From Marsupella aquatica (taxonomy: Eukaryota; Plantae; Marchantiophyta): DNA of 64,000 bases. Positions 62,182 through 64,000 of this stretch are shown here, piece after piece. The notes beneath the pieces were generated by a model. It ran no database searches. It saw only the letters and a list, made by a program, of their open reading frames with translations, and was not told the origin of the DNA. How positions within the stretch are numbered: position 1 is the first letter of the stretch; every line of letters begins with the position of its first letter. The DNA is taken from contig OZ316895.1 of assembly GCA_973895155.1 (NCBI GenBank), forward strand, positions 1,376,312 through 1,440,311, read 5' to 3'. Position numbers and translations under genes: made by a program.

Positions 62182-64000
62182 TGTGGTGCGTCCCATGGCT
62201 CCCTAAACCCAAGAAACCCCCCAACTCAAGCCGATTCCCGCAGGTTTCGTGTTTGGCGAGGCCGTTTCCGCGGCTTAGCGGCATGGGACGCTGCTAACCT
62301 TCTACTACTACTATTAACATTTTACACACATATACTGGACAGATCCTTCATCGAGTCATGAGATACGTAGCCGGCCTAATATAGGCCTTCCCCTGTCTTC
62401 CCCTGTCTTCCCCTCCGTCTTGTTAGGTATGTTTGGATTCCGCCGCCGGAATGATCCCCAATAGGCTTGGTTAAGCCGCTAAGACCTCTCTCAGCTCGAC
62501 ACATCCAACTCTCACTCCCCTGCTTGCTTTCCTTCCTGCTGTTGATGTGGGCACTCTTCACACAAGTTAATGCGACACACAAATAGCAAAATGACTCATT
62601 CTGACTGAGTCATACCATGCACTTGCCATACAAACAGTACATCTCATACACAAGTTCTGCGAACTAAGCCGTGAGGCCAACTCTATTCAGCTCTTAGGCA
62701 TGAGGAAACATGAATATACACAAGGGTCATTGTATGACTAACCGAGAGCTTCTCGTACTACTTGATCCCAGCCCGGCTGGTGCAAACTAAAAACTTGCTA
62801 AAGAAGAGGCCCTGAGCTCCCCGCTGCCCAGGTACTTATCCTGGTAGTGGATCCGCCATTCTTTGCATCGTAAGCCTAATCTACTTAACAGTAATCTACT
62901 TGCCCGAATCTACCTATGTACAGCAAGGCAGGAGCACAAGTGTTGCTCCTACCAGTGGGACCAGTGTCAGGGCCGCTCCTGGTTCTGATCCTAATCCTAA
63001 ACGTGGAGATCCGCGCCCGCCCTACCCACTCACGCCTCCTCCCTCCACGTCCGCCCTCCCTAAAAGGAACGGTGCCCTTGCACCGTCACGACACCGGTGG
63101 TGGATCCTTAATGGACGCCCCCAACGCTTCCTCCTCAGCCACTGCCGTAGGTTCATTCTCTGACAGATTACCTGCCCTTGACTGAGTCAACTCTCCATCG
63201 GCCTGACTGGGTCCACCTTCGGCTTCAGCCTCGACACCGGCCTCGGCAATACCCACGGCTTCGGCCTCAGCCACTCCCTCGGCTTTGGCCTCCCCTTCCC
63301 CTAGGGTAGTTGGATCCCTAGCCGTGACCCTGTCTGAGGTCGGTGCTGGGTCTACCTCCTTGATCACCACGGCCTGTGAAGTCGTATTACTCCTTGACCC
63401 TGAAGGTTTCCGCTTCTTCTTCGTTGGTGGCTCGGCAGCTGGTCCCTTCCCCTTCCCACTTACTTCCGGCACTGGTGCAGGTGGCGCGGCTTGTCCTTCG
63501 GCAATTACCAGCCCTGGTAACTGGTTTGTCCAAACGGGAGATGGACCTGCTGCAGCTAAGCATTTAAATACTGCGGCTTGTTTCTTCAGCCGCTCTGTTT
63601 GGTTGTCGGCCCGCCGCTGTAGGTTCTCCATCTTCCTCGTGATTTCCTCCAACTCCTCTTGGGTTTCATCCAGGTCCTTACGTGCCCCCTCCAGCTCGTT
63701 TTTGGCCTCCTCCTGCTCCCTGTGGGCTTCCTCCAATTCCTTCTTCAAGGTAGCCCTCTCCTCCTGGGTTGCTCTTAGCTCCTTGTCGAGCTCTGCAATG
63801 ATGACAGACTCCATCTGGTTCATCTTGGCGTAAGTCTGTTCGAGCATCTCGTCCTTCTCCCTTAGGTCGGCCTTGAAGCTGGCCGTCAGGGACGCAAGCT
63901 CCTGCTGCAGCGCCATAATCCCTTGATAGGATTTCCCTAACTCGACCTCCTTCTGCTCAAGGGCTCCGCGGATTTTCTCGAGCTCCCCTTTCAACGCCCA
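62182..64000 (-). mobile_element. Fourth Gypsy LTR copy (3' end), nested in the opposite orientation, partial
   Basis: Begins TGTGGTGCG exactly as at 41561. Confidence 0.93.
63086..64000 (-). CDS. LTR-encoded protein, copy 4, C-terminal part (variant)
   Basis: Open frame homologous to copies 1 and 2, with in-frame indels. Confidence 0.8.
   Translation of the reverse strand, partial: WALKGELEKIRGALEQKEVELGKSYQGIMALQQELASLTASFKADLREKDEMLEQTYAKMNQMESVIIAELDKELRATQEERATLKKELEEAHREQEEAKNELEGARKDLDETQEELEEITRKMENLQRRADNQTERLKKQAAVFKCLAAAGPSPVWTNQLPGLVIAEGQAAPPAPVPEVSGKGKGPAAEPPTKKKRKPSGSRSNTTSQAVVIKEVDPAPTSDRVTARDPTTLGEGEAKAEGVAEAEAVGIAEAGVEAEAEGGPSQADGELTQSRAGNLSENEPTAVAEEEALGASIKDPPPVS

Larger units (their letters stand above)
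46673..64000 (+). mobile_element. Ty3/Gypsy non-chromovirus element (Athila/Phygy/Selgy-like) with 4.67-kb LTRs; 3' LTR interrupted and continuing beyond the window
   Basis: 5' LTR 46673-51344, PBS, gag-PR-RT-RH-INT, PPT, 3' LTR from 59419. No chromodomain or extra archaeal RNase H seen. Left flank CAAGG. Confidence 0.92.

Overview
A TE-rich land-plant nuclear region, probably from a non-seed plant (inferred from the retroelement types). It holds one clear host gene: a 5-exon DUF212/divergent-PAP2 gene at 22496-25100 with a GC-AG first intron. (1) A ~16.3 kb CACTA/En-Spm element on the minus strand (~1640-17957) encodes TnpD- and TnpA-like proteins. Upstream of its transposase it carries a co-oriented cassette of intronless ORFs: an EDM2-like composite PHD finger, a tandem BRCT protein resembling the Pol lambda BRCT, an F-box protein and a Cys/His-rich ORF. 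(2) A Tnt1/Tork-like Copia (28453-46440, minus) contains a second Copia (31033-37440, plus) and a Gypsy solo LTR. Three further solo LTRs of the first Copia family lie nearby. (3) A non-chromovirus Gypsy family is present as four LTR copies. Its ~4.67 kb LTR itself contains a ~1120-1210 aa ORF (plant-mobile-domain-like region plus coiled coil). Its gag-protease and RT-RH-INT frames are joined by a candidate programmed -1 frameshift (G_GAU_UUU, 5-nt spacer, H-type pseudoknot). Most TE ORFs carry C>T nonsense changes. All domain calls come from motif recognition by eye, not database searches.
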